The notes under the pieces were generated by a model that saw only the letters and a program-made list of their open reading frames with translations, was not told the DNA's origin and did no database searches. A stretch of 64,000 nt of DNA. Source: Octopus bimaculoides (Eukaryota). Where the stretch lies: contig NC_068983.1 in NCBI RefSeq assembly GCF_001194135.2, forward strand, positions 23,809,751 to 23,873,750. Direction: 5' to 3'. This document shows positions 1 through 11,909 of the stretch, in pieces (position 1 is the first letter of the stretch; each line of letters begins with the position of its first letter). The translations under genes were made by a program, and so were the position numbers.

Positions 1-9
1 TATATATAC

Positions 10-313
10 CGCCTGACTGGCCTTTGTAAGGTTTTCGAGCGAGATCGTTGCCAGTGCCCCTGGACTGGCTCTTGTGCAGGTGGCACATGAAAGATACCAT
101 TTTGAGCGTGGCCGTTTTCGTGCGGGTGACACGTAAAAGCACCCACTACACTCTCTGAGTGGTTGGCGTTAGGATGGGCATCCAGCTGTAGAAACTCTGC
201 CAAATTAGATTGGAGCCTAGTGTTGCCATCCGGTTTCACCAGTCCTCAGTCAAATCGTCCAACCCATGCTAGCATGGAAGGCGGACGTTAAACGATGATG
301 ATGATGATGATGA
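10..313 (+). mobile_element. SINE/non-autonomous retroelement with RTE-type 3' end and (GAT)n tail
   Basis: Ends ...aacccatgctagcatggaaggcggacgttaaacgatgatgatg. The same family recurs in minus orientation at ~35361-35760, 38521-39000, 42400-42720, 44638-45200, 45860-46000 and 50630-50820. Confidence 0.85.
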
Positions 314-336
314 TAATTTTTCCATGCCTTTCAGGA

Positions 337-605
337 AACTTACTCTATGTTATAATATGCTGTGGGTGTAATGATAATTATATTGGCCAAACAAGTGTGT
401 CACTTAGAAAACGCATGCTGGTTCACTGATGAAAATATGAGATTAAAACACTACAAAAATTTGACTCAGTGAGCATTTTGATAGATGTGCAGGAACTTGG
501 CAACCAAATTTTAAACTTTTTCCCATTTATTGATGTGCAGAACAGCAAAGGATCTATAACAAAACATTTTTTATTATAAAATATAAACCAAGTTTACTTC
601 ATTAA
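337..605 (+). mobile_element. Penelope-like element GIY-YIG endonuclease remnant (stops/frameshift)
   Basis: Manual translation: 337-429 NLLYVIICCGCNDNYIGQTSVSLRKRMLVH*, and 480-605 DRCAGTWQPNFKLFPIY*...FIIKYKPSLLH*. This matches the IY-x-I-x-C-xx-C-xxx-YIG-x-T...L-x-x-R-xxx-H and FI-x-KYKP-x-L patterns of PLE endonucleases. Confidence 0.75.
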
Positions 606-904
606 CCAAATATTGACACCTATTTTTAATTCTTTTATTAGCATATTTTTCCTTATGTTTTTGAATAGTCTTCTTTATATTTTTGAATAGTTAAGATACC
701 AAAATTTGCATCCCTACTTAATTTGGGTCTATTAACATATCAAATATTACCTTATTTATTACCTAGTGAGTCTATAATAAGGCTACTTAGAGCAGACAGA
801 CTATATATTAAATGAAAGCTTACTGCAAGCCATTACTCACATACATTCCAATGAATATCTTCTGCAAAAAGTGAAATTTGTTTGCGATTATATACTTTAA
901 AATA

Positions 905-1155
905 TTTAATTATGTATTTTTACAGTTATGTATTTTGGAGTGTTTAATAATGTATTTTGAAATGATTTGAATTTAAAAATGTACTTTGGAAACTGTAATT
1001 TTGAAATCATTTGGTTGTAGTAATGTATTTTGTATACGATATAATATTTTGAAATTTGTTATAATATATTTTGAAATAATTTGATTGTGATAATCTGTTT
1101 TCCAATGCATATTTTTAGATTTTTAAATGATTTAACTATAATAATGTATTTGGAA
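905..1155. repeat. Degenerate AT-rich minisatellite (aatgtattttgaaa-like units)
   Basis: Repeated tgtattttg/ttttgaaat motifs roughly every 20-40 bp. Confidence 0.6.
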
Positions 1156-1283
1156 TTAACTGCAATGTACAAGGAAAAACACATTTTTTTCTTTTATTAT
1201 AATTTTTCCATACACATACACACAAGCACATATGACACATAATATATACATGTGTATATATAAGTACATACACATAATCACAT

Positions 1284-1447
1284 ACAGGCATGGCTGTGTA
1301 GTAAGAAGCTTGCTTCTCAACCACATAGTTCTGGGTTCAGTTCCACTGCATAGCACCTTGGGCTAGTGTATTCTACTATAGCCTTAGGCTGATTGAAGCC
1401 TTGTGAGTGGATTTGGTAGAAGGAAACTGAAAGAAGCCCATAGTATA
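1284..1447 (+). mobile_element. tRNA-derived SINE (family with many copies in the window)
   Basis: Head with A/B-box-like ggctgtgtagtaag...gggttcagttcc, then ccttgggc...gccttgtgagtggatttggtag...gaagccc. Further copies at ~10603-10750, 22425-22575, 22930-23085(-), 29408-29560, 31770-31925, 35760-35925(-), 44090-44245(-), 50500-50630(-). Confidence 0.85.
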
Positions 1448-2880
1448 AATAAATAAATATATATATATATATACTCATTTACTATTTGTTTTCACATGAC
1501 TGAACGCAGCGTCTCCAATTCGTAAGTAGTTTTCCGTAAACTTATATTTTCCGACACTACTCTATCTCTTTCTCTTCCTCTATCCTTTTTCCCCCTCTCG
1601 TTCTTCCTCTTTACTACTACGTATCTCGCTTTACCCCTCTCGTTCTTCCTCTGTTACTTCTACGTATCTCCTTTTTCCCCCTCATACTTCCTCTCTTTCT
1701 CTTTTCCTCTCGTTGCTCACCTATTCTTCTACTTCCTCCCTTTGTTTCTCCCTCTACCACTCTCTCTCTTCCCCTTACACCGGCATAGTCACATGCTTCC
1801 GTTCAATAATCCTTTTCTTCCTTGGCTATCGCCGAGCAAACACGTGTAACTACTTCGTCCCTTTCAAGTTCGTGCCTCACAGCGTTCATACACAAATAAT
1901 TTTTCTCGNNNNNNNNNNNNNNNNNNNNNNNNNNNNNNNNNNNNNNNNNNNNNNNNNNNNNNNNNNNNNNNNNNNNNNNNNNNNNNNNNNNNNNNNNNNN
2001 NNNNNNNNNNNNNNNNNNNNNNNNNNNNNNNNNNNNNNNNNNNNNNNNNNNNNNNNNNNNNNNNNNNNNNNNNNNNNNNNNNNNNNNNNNNNNNNNNNNN
2101 NNNNNNNNNNNNNNNNNNNNNNNNNNNNNNNNNNNNNNNNNNNNNNNNNNNNNNNNNNNNNNNNNNNNNNNNNNNNNNNNNNNNNNNNNNNNNNNNNNNN
2201 NNNNNNNNNNNNNNNNNNNNNNNNNNNNNNNNNNNNNNNNNNNNNNNNNNNNNNNNNNNNNNNNNNNNNNNNNNNNNNNNNNNNNNNNNNNNNNNNNNNN
2301 NNNNNNNNNNNNNNNNNNNNNNNNNNNNNNNNNNNNNNNNNNNNNNNNNNNNNNNNNNNNNNNNNNNNNNNNNNNNNNNNNNNNNNNNNNNNNNNNNNNN
2401 NNNNNNNNNNNNNNNNNNNNNNNNNNNNNNNNNNNNNNNNNNNNNNNNNNNNNNNNNNNNNNNNNNNNNNNNNNNNNNNNNNNNNNNNNNNNNNNNNNNN
2501 NNNNNNNNNNNNNNNNNNNNNNNNNNNNNNNNNNNNNNNNNNNNNNNNNNNNNNNNNNNNNNNNNNNNNNNNNNNNNNNNNNNNNNNNNNNNNNNNNNNN
2601 NNNNNNNNNNNNNNNNNNNNNNNNNNNNNNNNNNNNNNNNNNNNNNNNNNNNNNNNNNNNNNNATATATATCTTTAGATGTGCTGGCCTCCTGATAATTA
2701 ATCGATATTAATTAATATATGATTAATTACCAGATTTTATAATATATATATATATATTTAATTCACTCCCCAAATTATCTTTGAGTTTGTTATTCTAAGT
2801 GGCTGCACATAACTTCCTTAGCTTCTTTTGAATCTGTAATCTCTTGGAATATCATACACACAAACACAAACACAAACACA

Positions 2881-3258
2881 TCATCATCATCATCGTTGCC
2901 TTCATAATATTGCCTGTTTTTAATGTCCACATTGCTTGAATGTGTTTTATTCAATACAGTGTCCTGTTACTCGTATCCCTTTGTAATCTCCTTTGCGAAG
3001 TTCAGCCTTCTGAGACCAGCATTTAACACTTCTGCCCATGGTTTCTTTAGTTTTTCTTCTTCTGCTCGTTCTTTTCACGCAAATCTTTTGGCTCTACTTC
3101 ACCTACCTGTCACAATCCATATGCTTTACAAGTCCATATATCTGAAGCTTTCTCTTTTGCACACTAAAACTGATTCTTCACTTAGTTTTTCTCTCATCTC
3201 ATCCTATGCTTCTTTGTTCACGCACACTGACATTACACATCCAGCAGTGCATGCTTGC
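2881..3258 (-). mobile_element. RTE LINE 3' end (decayed C-terminal region) with (GAT)n tail
   Basis: Minus-strand translation ASMHCWMCNVSVREQ...KPWAEVLNAGLRRL resembles the RTE C-terminus (ASMLRWMCNV...RGRPRKTW). Tail (CAT)n at 2881-2894 on the plus strand. Confidence 0.75.
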
Positions 3259-3274
3259 TTTATTTCTTTCCAAT

Positions 3275-3498
3275 CTTAGCACATCCTCTGCATTCAGTTG
3301 GCATGTCTCACTATACTACAGTGTTATAGTGAATAAAGACTTTGCTTGTGGCAGATGTACAAGAGTAGTAAACTCCCAGGGCATCAATAAAATAAATTCC
3401 TTGCAATGCTCTGAAGACTCCATAGTAGTTGATAACTTCTGTTACCTAGGAAATCTAATTAGCAGTGGAGGAAGATGTTCTGAAATCATAGTATCCAG
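3275..3498 (+). mobile_element. RTE LINE RT-region fragment, inverted relative to the adjacent 3' end
   Basis: ORF 3206-3565 contains FACGRCTR...VDNFCYLGNLISSGGRCSEIIVSR, an RTE RT motif (VDxFxYLGDxxSSGGGCSE). Confidence 0.75.
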
Positions 3499-4364
3499 AC
3501 ATTTCTATATATATATATATGGACAGTTACATTCATTTCTACACAGTAATAAGCTAACTACATGAAATGCAGATATAGTGAAATTACCATAGTAACTAAT
3601 TGCTTTTGATGTGCATGTCACTGAGACAGAGAGTGTGAAAGAGAAAGAGAGAACTGGCGACACCGTACTAATTATATTAGTAGATCATATATTGGGATCA
3701 ATTCAAGTGTCTAAAACACTCACATATAAATATATTGCTCTGTTTCAATATAAGCAATTGATAATTTATCATTAGCACCTAATATTTTACATAGCAGTTC
3801 TGATAGTTAGTTAGCATGCCTGATCACTCTGTCTTTTCACCTATGATAATTTCTCCTCTCTCCAAATTATTATTGGAAGAAGGAATATTTTTTTTTTACA
3901 GAAATCAATTTTAATATGATTCAGCAAATGATACACATTCAATTTCTCATTCACCTGTCTAGTCACATAAAATCCCAAATACGGTTTCTAATTTTCACTA
4001 CAAATATCCTTCATGACATTTTATTCAATAACATTACAAATAACAGTTATTTTCAGAAAGTTCATAAAATATATATGTTACAAAAAAATAAATAAAGAAA
4101 GAAAGAAAAAAGAAAAAAGGATAATTCAAATTTTTAAAATATTTTATCTGAATAGTTCATGTTCGAAGAAAGCATGCTGTGTTTGATTAACATAAAATTA
4201 AAAAATTAATATATTTTTGTGAGTTCTTTTTGGAAGCATTCTTCAATTACATACACACATACATAAATACATAAATGCTGATATATACATACATACCTGC
4301 ATACATGCATATATATGTTCATACATACATGCACACATACATATAGATACATTCATAATACATG

Positions 4365-4416
<52 letters not shown>

Positions 4417-5139
4417 TTAGTTGTCTAGGCCATAATTAATTTCTTAAGTAAACAAAAAAAAAATTTTAAATTAAAATAAAAATGAAATGATATTTGTATT
4501 TCAGCGATGTTTATTTCTGTTTTGTTTCTTATTAAAATGAAACAGGTTTTCTACAAAATATTTTGGTGCCAACACTAACAACACCAATAGCAAACCAAAA
4601 TATTTTTTGTCAACTCTGTAATGAGCTTGACNNNNNNNNNNNNNNNNNNNNNNNNNNNNNNNNNNNNNNNNNNNNNNNNNNNNNNNNNNNNNNNNNNNNN
4701 NNNNNNNNNNNNNNNNNNNNNNNNNNNNNNNNNNNNNNNNNNNNNNNNNNNNNNNNNNNNNNNNNNNNNNNNNNNNNNNNNNNNNNNNNNNNNNNNNNNN
4801 NNNNNNNNNNNNNNNNNNNNNNNNNNNNNNNNNNNNNNNNNNNNNNNNNNNNNNNNNNNNNNNNNNNNNNNNNNNNNNNNNNNNNNNNNNNNNNNNNNNN
4901 NNNNNNNNNNNNNNNNNNNNNNNNNNNNNNNNNNNNNNNNNNNNNNNNNNNNNNNNNNNNNNNNNNNNNNNNNNNNNNNNNNNNNNNNNNNNNNNNNNNN
5001 NNNNNNNNNNNNNNNNNNNNNNNNNNNNNNNNNNNNNNNNNNNNNNNNNNNNNNNNNNNNNNNNNNNNNNNNNNNNNNNNNNNNNNNNNNNNNNNNNNNN
5101 NNNNNNNNNNNNNNNNNNNNNNNNNNNNNNNNNNNNATA

Positions 5140-5171
<32 letters not shown>

Positions 5172-5499
5172 ATACAAAGAATATATATACATGTATACAC
5201 ACATATATGTACATACTTACATCTACATGTGTATATACATGCATATCAGGGTACAGGACGTTAGAACAATAAACTACAGACAACGGAACGAACACATAGG
5301 AAAACGGAAAGCCACTTGGAATATCCCTTCATCAGCTGTCTCTATTCTATCTAGACGTTTCGAAGACATGTGTGTGTGTGTGTATAGATGTAAGAGTACA
5401 TACATGCACACTATACACACGGAAATGCAGACACACACACACACACTTACACACACATATATACATGTATATGTATATGTGTTCTGTTTCTGTTTTTAA

Positions 5500-6900
5500 T
5501 TTCGAGTTAATTTTGACCAACCACCTGCTTGACAGCAAGTTTGTGAAGGAAAGCATCTTGTTTTGTTCATCATCCTTTATAATCTTAACAACATCTTGCA
5601 GATTTTTATAGTACCAGGCATTGCAACCATTTGTCATACTGTATATGAATTAAGAAGTTGTGTTCTCTCCCCAACATCCTAAGTTCAGCCATATTTTATT
5701 ACTGATGGGTTGGTGCATATCCTGTTGCTCCAATAAGCAATAGGTATGAAGCTGAGAGTGTATCTTGGGGGGCTGAATTTGCAAACAGCTTATCAATGGT
5801 TCATAGGTGTTCTCTTTCTCCTTTATTTTTCTAACTACTTTGGTGTCCAAAGGAGCAGCTGATTTCTATAACAAACCATATCTTTTCCTTGTGTTCCCAC
5901 ACAACAATATCTGGCTGACTGTGTTTTAACCCTTTCATTACCGTATTTATTTTGAGATGCTCTGTGTTTCTTCCAATTAATTTTAAATATAACAAAGAAT
6001 TTTGTAAAATAACTTAGCTATCATTAAGCTCGTGTTAGGAACATAAATTGTAACTAAAGTTCGGCAGAAGATTTTAATTTGAAACTTATTAAAACAAAAT
6101 ATTTGTACTACAGAGCCAGAGGCAGTTTCAGTCGGGTTCATATCAAAAGAGTTAATATAATAGCCCTTTTAATTTTTCAGTTCCACTAATATTCTTTTTA
6201 TCTATCAGTCTCAATATAGTCAACATTGTCTGTGTGTATGTGTTTTTTTTCTTATGTCACCTTGCTCCTGGCCATTCTAGCTCCTGCATTATGGCTCATG
6301 GGAAGATAATATCAGGAAGACATTCTCTTGCAGTTGGCAGCAGTGTGGTTGATGTCATCAGTCTAGGATTTGCACAGCCTACCTTTGTTGTCTGCCAATG
6401 TTTTTCTGCATTTCATGCTGCAGGTACCTGGTAGGGATCTCTTGTTCTTGAATTGGCAGTAGCCTTCAAAGTGGTATGTTACAAACTTGTTGGTGATCAA
6501 TTCCTTCTATGGTTTGCGTCTTTTGTGTCAGGTACCCATGCACTATCTTCTCAGTGAATTGGTCGTTTTATACTTTGTTCTTTTGATAAATAGAATTTAC
6601 CACTGATCTTTGGGGAGTGATCTGCATCAATTTTTATTTCATACCTCTCCTCAAGTTCATTAGCTATCCTAATTATGTTGTTGATTCTATGGTTACAAAT
6701 TTATGCACAAGAGTTACTATTAGTCTCTTTTCTCTGCTGAAGACGTTGCTTCAGTTTCACAATATGTGCTTAGTTATGAAATCAATTCAGATTTGAGACT
6801 GTGGCCACTCTCTTTGTGTAGGAAGTATAGCATATCTACATCTCCATTGATATTGAAGTTTCCAGAAACACTGAGTAGCTTGCAAGTTTGAACATCTATA
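5500..6900 (-). mobile_element. R4/Dong-like RLE non-LTR retrotransposon 3' portion (family A), decayed and interrupted by a MITE
   Basis: Frameshifted minus-strand pieces: IQEQEIPTRYL and DNKGRLCKS*TDDINHTAANCKRMSS*YYLPMSHN (zinc-knuckle region, 6270-6500); KHSQPDIVVWEHKEKIWFVIEISC and KIKEKENTYEPL (RLE PD..E, 5650-5925); PGTIKICKMLLRL* ending near 5577. Confidence 0.75.
5930..6151. mobile_element. piggyBac-like non-autonomous MITE
   Basis: Flanked by TTAA at 5926-5929 and 6152-6155, with ends CCCTTT.../...AAAGAG. It sits at the gtgttTTAAc site; the homologous RLE copy has the same gtgttttaac at ~63555. Confidence 0.65.
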
Positions 6901-7548
6901 TTTCTTTATATATATATTACTGTGTCTACATCGGTGAGATGGGTTACCAAAATTATTATCTAACTTCTGTAATGTGCTATTTAATTATAAATTTTGTTGT
7001 TTAAGGCGCCAGGAAGACTAACAACACTGTTTCCTATCTTAAATTCAGTTGTTTTAATCTTTTTCACCTTTTATTTCTATTTGTTTGAGGGTTTATTTTC
7101 AAATTGATTCAAGCAATGTGAAAATAACGAATACATAATCCACTTTTCACAGAATACTTCATTGATGAAAATACAATGAATGCAAAAGCTAAATATTGTA
7201 AGAACAATACTCTTCACTCTTCTAATTACTAGAATACTTGTTTGATACTTGTCTCTTTTGCTAATGGCAAAAAGGTAAAATTTTAAATTTACATTGTTTG
7301 TCCATTTTAAAATGCTTCCTTTAATATGCAATATATTCAGTTTAAATGCAAAAAAAAAAAAGATAAAAAAATAAAATAAAAAGAATCTTTGAAAGAATTA
7401 CGAAATTATTTACATTACCTCTATTTTCATTTTCATAAAAATTAATTTCAGGTGGTTTTCAGTTGAATAAATTATTGAAATAAATTATTGAAATAAATAA
7501 TCTGCAAACTCAGTATATACATTTTACAATTGTTATGTTTACTTAGAA

Positions 7549-7790
7549 CAGTGGTCCTCAAACTTTTATGCACCAAGGACTGGTTTCATGCAAGACAGAT
7601 TTTTCATGGACCAGGGGGATCATGTGCATAACAAAACACAATGAAGAACATAATATAAAATTTAATTATTACATATATAATACATGTATATTACATATAT
7701 AATGTATATATAATGCAAAAATTCCATGGAAAATGAAATAGTCAGTAAAATAGAAAAATAGTTTCAAAATTTATTCTTTCTGTGTGGCCC
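7549..7790. mobile_element. hAT (Charlie-like) MITE fragment
   Basis: Begins CAGTGGTCCTCAAAC, typical of hAT-Charlie termini. The other end is not clearly seen. Confidence 0.45.
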
Positions 7791-8334
7791 TATATTCATT
7801 ATCATGATGTCCGTTTCTGTGGTCAAATTGTCTATGATCTGTAAATATTCTCAGTTGGATCACCATCTCTGCTAATAACAACATATAATCGTCTATGTAT
7901 GAACACCGAAGTCAAATAATTCAAGATGAACCTGCTTAAAACTTTGTCCTTGACTCTTATTTATTGACATAACAAAAACAGGCCTTATAGGACATTGCAA
8001 TCTTCTTAGTGGGGTTGGTAAATTAGTGTTAGAAAGTTCAAGGGAAATCTTGAGGATCCTTGACATCCTTCCCTTATCTAGCATATGCAAATTCAACATC
8101 AACATTGTTTTAACATCTTCTTTTCTATACTTGCATGGACCAGATGGAATTCGTTGTGGTGAATTTTCTTATAGCATGGTGCATTTCCTGTCACCAACCT
8201 TCACCTGTTCCCAAGCAAAGTAATATTTCCCCCATGGTCAGACATGTTTTCACAGAAGATTGGAAATGAAAGACACCACTTGCAAGACAGTGATGCTAAC
8301 TTACAACTATCATATGATGTCAATACAAAGAGAC

Positions 8335-8365
<31 letters not shown>

Positions 8366-8929
8366 TGACAGGCTTCTTTTGGTTTCCATCAACCAAATCC
8401 ATTCACGAGCCCATTCACTGGGCCGTAGTAAAAAATACTTGTCCAAGGTGTCATGAAGTCGACTGAACTTGAAACCATGTGGCTGTGAAAGAAACTCCTC
8501 ACCATACAGACATGTCTGCACCAATAATTCAATGAAAATATTGATTGAATTCACTTTTTTTGCTGGAAGTAAGTCAGTAGAGTCATTAGAATGTTGGACA
8601 GAATGTCCTGCAGTATCTATTCCAACTCTCGGTCATCTGAGTTCAAATCCAGCGAAGGTCAATTCTGGTCTTTAATCCTATAGGCCTCCATAAAAAAGTA
8701 TCAGTAACTGAATGGTGGATTGGCAGAATTGAAAGACTGATAAACCACATGCCTCATGGTATTTGTTCTGTTTTTTTTTGTGTCCAGAATTCAAATCCCA
8801 CCACCAACTAGCTGGGTGGTAGACTTAATCCTTTTTCCAGGTAAACACCACCACTTGACAGCTAAAGAAAAGAAAAGGGTTACCTTCTCAAATCATAACA
8901 ATTCATAAAGGCCAGTTTCCCCAGTTTCT

Positions 8930-9127
8930 AAGCTGTATAAATTCCCCATCTGGATAGGACGCTGGTCTGTCACAGGATTACTCATTTTTGCCAGCTGAGT
9001 GGACTGGAGCAACATGAAATGAAGTGTTTTTCCCAAGAACACAATGCATTACCCAGTTCAGATATCGAAACCACAATCTTACAATCATGAGTCCAACACT
9101 CTAACCACTAAGCTACGTGTCTCCACT
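8930..9127 (-). mobile_element. tRNA-derived SINE with conserved central domain
   Basis: Contains cattttgccagctgagtggactggagcaacatgaaatgaagtg and a tRNA-like head in reverse. Related copies at 9375-9470(+), 16340-16470(-) and 59752-60066(-). Confidence 0.75.
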
Positions 9128-10757
9128 ACCTGACAGCTAAGGTACCAGGTGGTACTGTTTTGGGCATTGTCTTCCCTTCTCTCTATGAACATTTGGTTAG
9201 AATGCCACAGGAAAGTATCACAAGACAGTTTCTTCATGCTAAGTCAGCAGACAGTAGACCTAGGGGTAGTCTAAGAACGAGAAGGTTGTAGTTTCAGTTG
9301 GTCATGCTTGGAAATCCAGCCAGAAAGTATAATGACTGTTGCTTCTGTTAGGACCTTATGGAGGAGGTAGTGGAGGTGTGCGGGTTAGTGGTTAGGGTGT
9401 TGGACTCATGATCATAAGATTGTGATTTCGATTCCTGGACTGGGCCACGCATTGTGTTCTTGAGCAATCTAAGTTGTTGCAATGGACTGGACCCACTGCA
9501 CTCTTGGAGTGGTTGGCATTAGGAAGGACACCCAGCTGTAGTAATCAAGCCAAATCAGACTAGAACCTGGTACAGCTCTCTGGTTCACTAGTTCCAGCCA
9601 AACTGTCTTACCCATGCCAGCATGGAAAGTAGATGCTAAATGATGATGAGGATGAGAATGAGGATGAGGATGAGGATGTGATAGATGGACAGATAGTTAG
9701 ATAAATGTACAGAGAAAATTTTAATAAAAAAAGAGCAACCTTCCAACATATTTTATTGCAAAGACTTTTGAATCAAGTGAATGAGTTTAAAAACAATTAT
9801 ATTAAAAGAATTGAAAAAACCAAAGGCATTTTTTTTCCTATTCATGAAAAGAAAAAAAGAATTTATTTCTATTTAAAGTGTGCTAATAAGATTTAATAAC
9901 CCAAATTTGAAACCTTGTACTTCTTTTAGAAATCAATATCAGATACAAAATTTAATTTCGTACAAAACTTTTTTGCTTCCACAGCAAATACTTGCTATCA
10001 AAGAAAAAAAAAATCCATTCAGAGAAATTCTAGTTACATTTTCAAAATAAGCTGGAAAAAACCCCAAAAAGACGAAAACTAAAATAATCTTAAATTCAAG
10101 AATAATTATAGAAGTTTTATAAAATGATTTAATCAATTAGATAACAATCTAAGTTGTTATAACAGGCAAAGAAAACAAGCATTTAAAATAATGTGATGAA
10201 TTGGTTGGGTCATTAAATCTATGGACAGAATGCTTTGAAATATTGATTTCAACTCTCTGCACTGTGAGTTCAAATTCTATTAAGGTCAGCTTTACCTTTC
10301 AGGGTTGATAAAAGAGTATCAATCTAATACATTGGTTTGATGGAACTATAAGAATGTCAGAATGGGTGCTTTTTCACTGTTTGCTGATGCTCTTTGTGTT
10401 CTGAGTTCAAATCCTGCTATTATGGTAGATTTAACCTGTTGCCCAGTTTAACACCACCACCTGACACCATGAGTACCTTTAGAGGATTCCATTCTGTTGC
10501 AAACATTTGGATCAGGCTTCCAGTCTGAGGACACCTTTCAGCCCCTCTCTCAGCAGTCTCAGGGGGCTCCATAAATCGTCATGGACACTGCCTTCCCTTA
10601 AAGGCTGTGTGGTAAGAAGTTTGCTTCCCAACTACATGGTTCTAGGTTTAGCCCCATAGTGTGGTACTTGGGATGGTGTCTTCTACTATAACCCCAGGTT
10701 GACTAAAACCCTGAGAGTGGATTTAGTAGATGGAAACTTAAAAAGGCCCATTGTGCA

Positions 10758-10875
10758 TATGAGGGGGTGCTGAAAAGTTCTTGACTCTAGGTAAAAGAAA
10801 ATACAAGAGGATCAGTTAATTATGGTTTTATTCAACATATTCTCCTCTCAGATCCCCACACTTATTGTAGGGATA
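10758..10875 (+). mobile_element. Mariner-type terminal fragment
   Basis: TA followed by TGAGGGGGTGCTGAAAAGTTC, resembling mariner TIRs (TACGAGGG...AAAAGT). Confidence 0.55.
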
Positions 10876-11276
10876 CGATTCTGCCAGCTCGCTGCCCTTG
10901 CAAGCTTCTTGCCACACAGCCACACTTGAAGCTTTTATTTTTTAGATGATTAGGCATGATTTGAAAGAGATTCGGTTGCAATTTCTAACAAACTGAGTAA
11001 CCACATGCAAACTTCCTCACCTCATCTCTAAGATTGGCTCACAGGATGGTTAGGATTAGGCAAAGTAACAATGTTAAGTGGTCAAAATTTTGAGTACACA
11101 ACAAGGCAAAGTGACACTGTTTAGAGCATGCAATAGCAATTTTCAGTTAAATGGACGAGACCCATTAAAGCCAAGTGTTTTGGTCATGGATACAATGTAT
11201 TATTCAGTTATATAGGCTGATTGTCTGGTTTCCTATCTACTCTACTATATATGCACGCATATGAGCACACACACAC

Positions 11277-11309
<33 letters not shown>

Positions 11310-11523
11310 TGCAGTTATCACAGAATCACACGTCTAGTTATTCAAATTTTACTCTCTTGATCATCACATGGATACAAAGTGTATAAATAACCATAAATAA
11401 CTACTGACAATTGGTATTGAATACTAATTTGAAATTCTTGTCTGCATGTATGTACACTATATACCTAATCAAAGTGTTTATCACTATGTACAAAATTTGG
11501 TTAGCAGATGGTGACTGCCTGTC

Positions 11524-11570
11524 CTACTGCTGATGAAGTGTAAACATGCTGAAATCATGTGATCCAGCAG
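11524..11570 (+). ncRNA. Type I hammerhead ribozyme motif (copy 1)
   Basis: Stem I ctactg/cagcag (5 of 6 pairs); CTGATGA 11530-11536; stem II agtgt-aaac-atgct; GAAA 11551-11554; stem III ATCA-tg-TGAT; AUC cleavage triplet ending at C11564. Confidence 0.75.
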
Positions 11571-11861
11571 TTCTACAGCTGGTGCTGGACATTTTTTTAT
11601 CCTCTACTAATATTTTGTGCTTTTAAATACTACATGTCAATGTGAGATGCTTCTCCAGGATAAATACTGCAGTTTATGGCATTCTTAAACTACATCCCAG
11701 TTAAGTCTGATATAAAGATTGCTATTCAGTAATACTGATTCCTTCACTAATAACTAAGTTTTATCCCACCTGTCAGCTATTTACAACATTAGTGATTGGT
11801 CACTGTTTTTTCTATAAATAAGTATTAGCAAACTGTGGCTAGCAGATGGTGATAGAGGATA

Positions 11862-11909
11862 TCTGCCTCTGATGAAGAGCAAGCATGCTGAAATCATGTG
11901 ATCTAGCAG
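11862..11909 (+). ncRNA. Type I hammerhead ribozyme motif (copy 2; stems I and II degenerate)
   Basis: CTGATGA 11869-11875, GAAA 11890-11893, and an identical ATCATGTGATC with cleavage C at 11903. Lies within a diverged second copy of a ~220-bp unit (11497-11720 vs 11836-12059). Confidence 0.55.

Noticed and set aside
5320-5367. Minus-strand GAAACGTC...CTGATGA as a type II hammerhead
   Set aside because: The core motifs are present but stem I cannot form and stem II is non-canonical.
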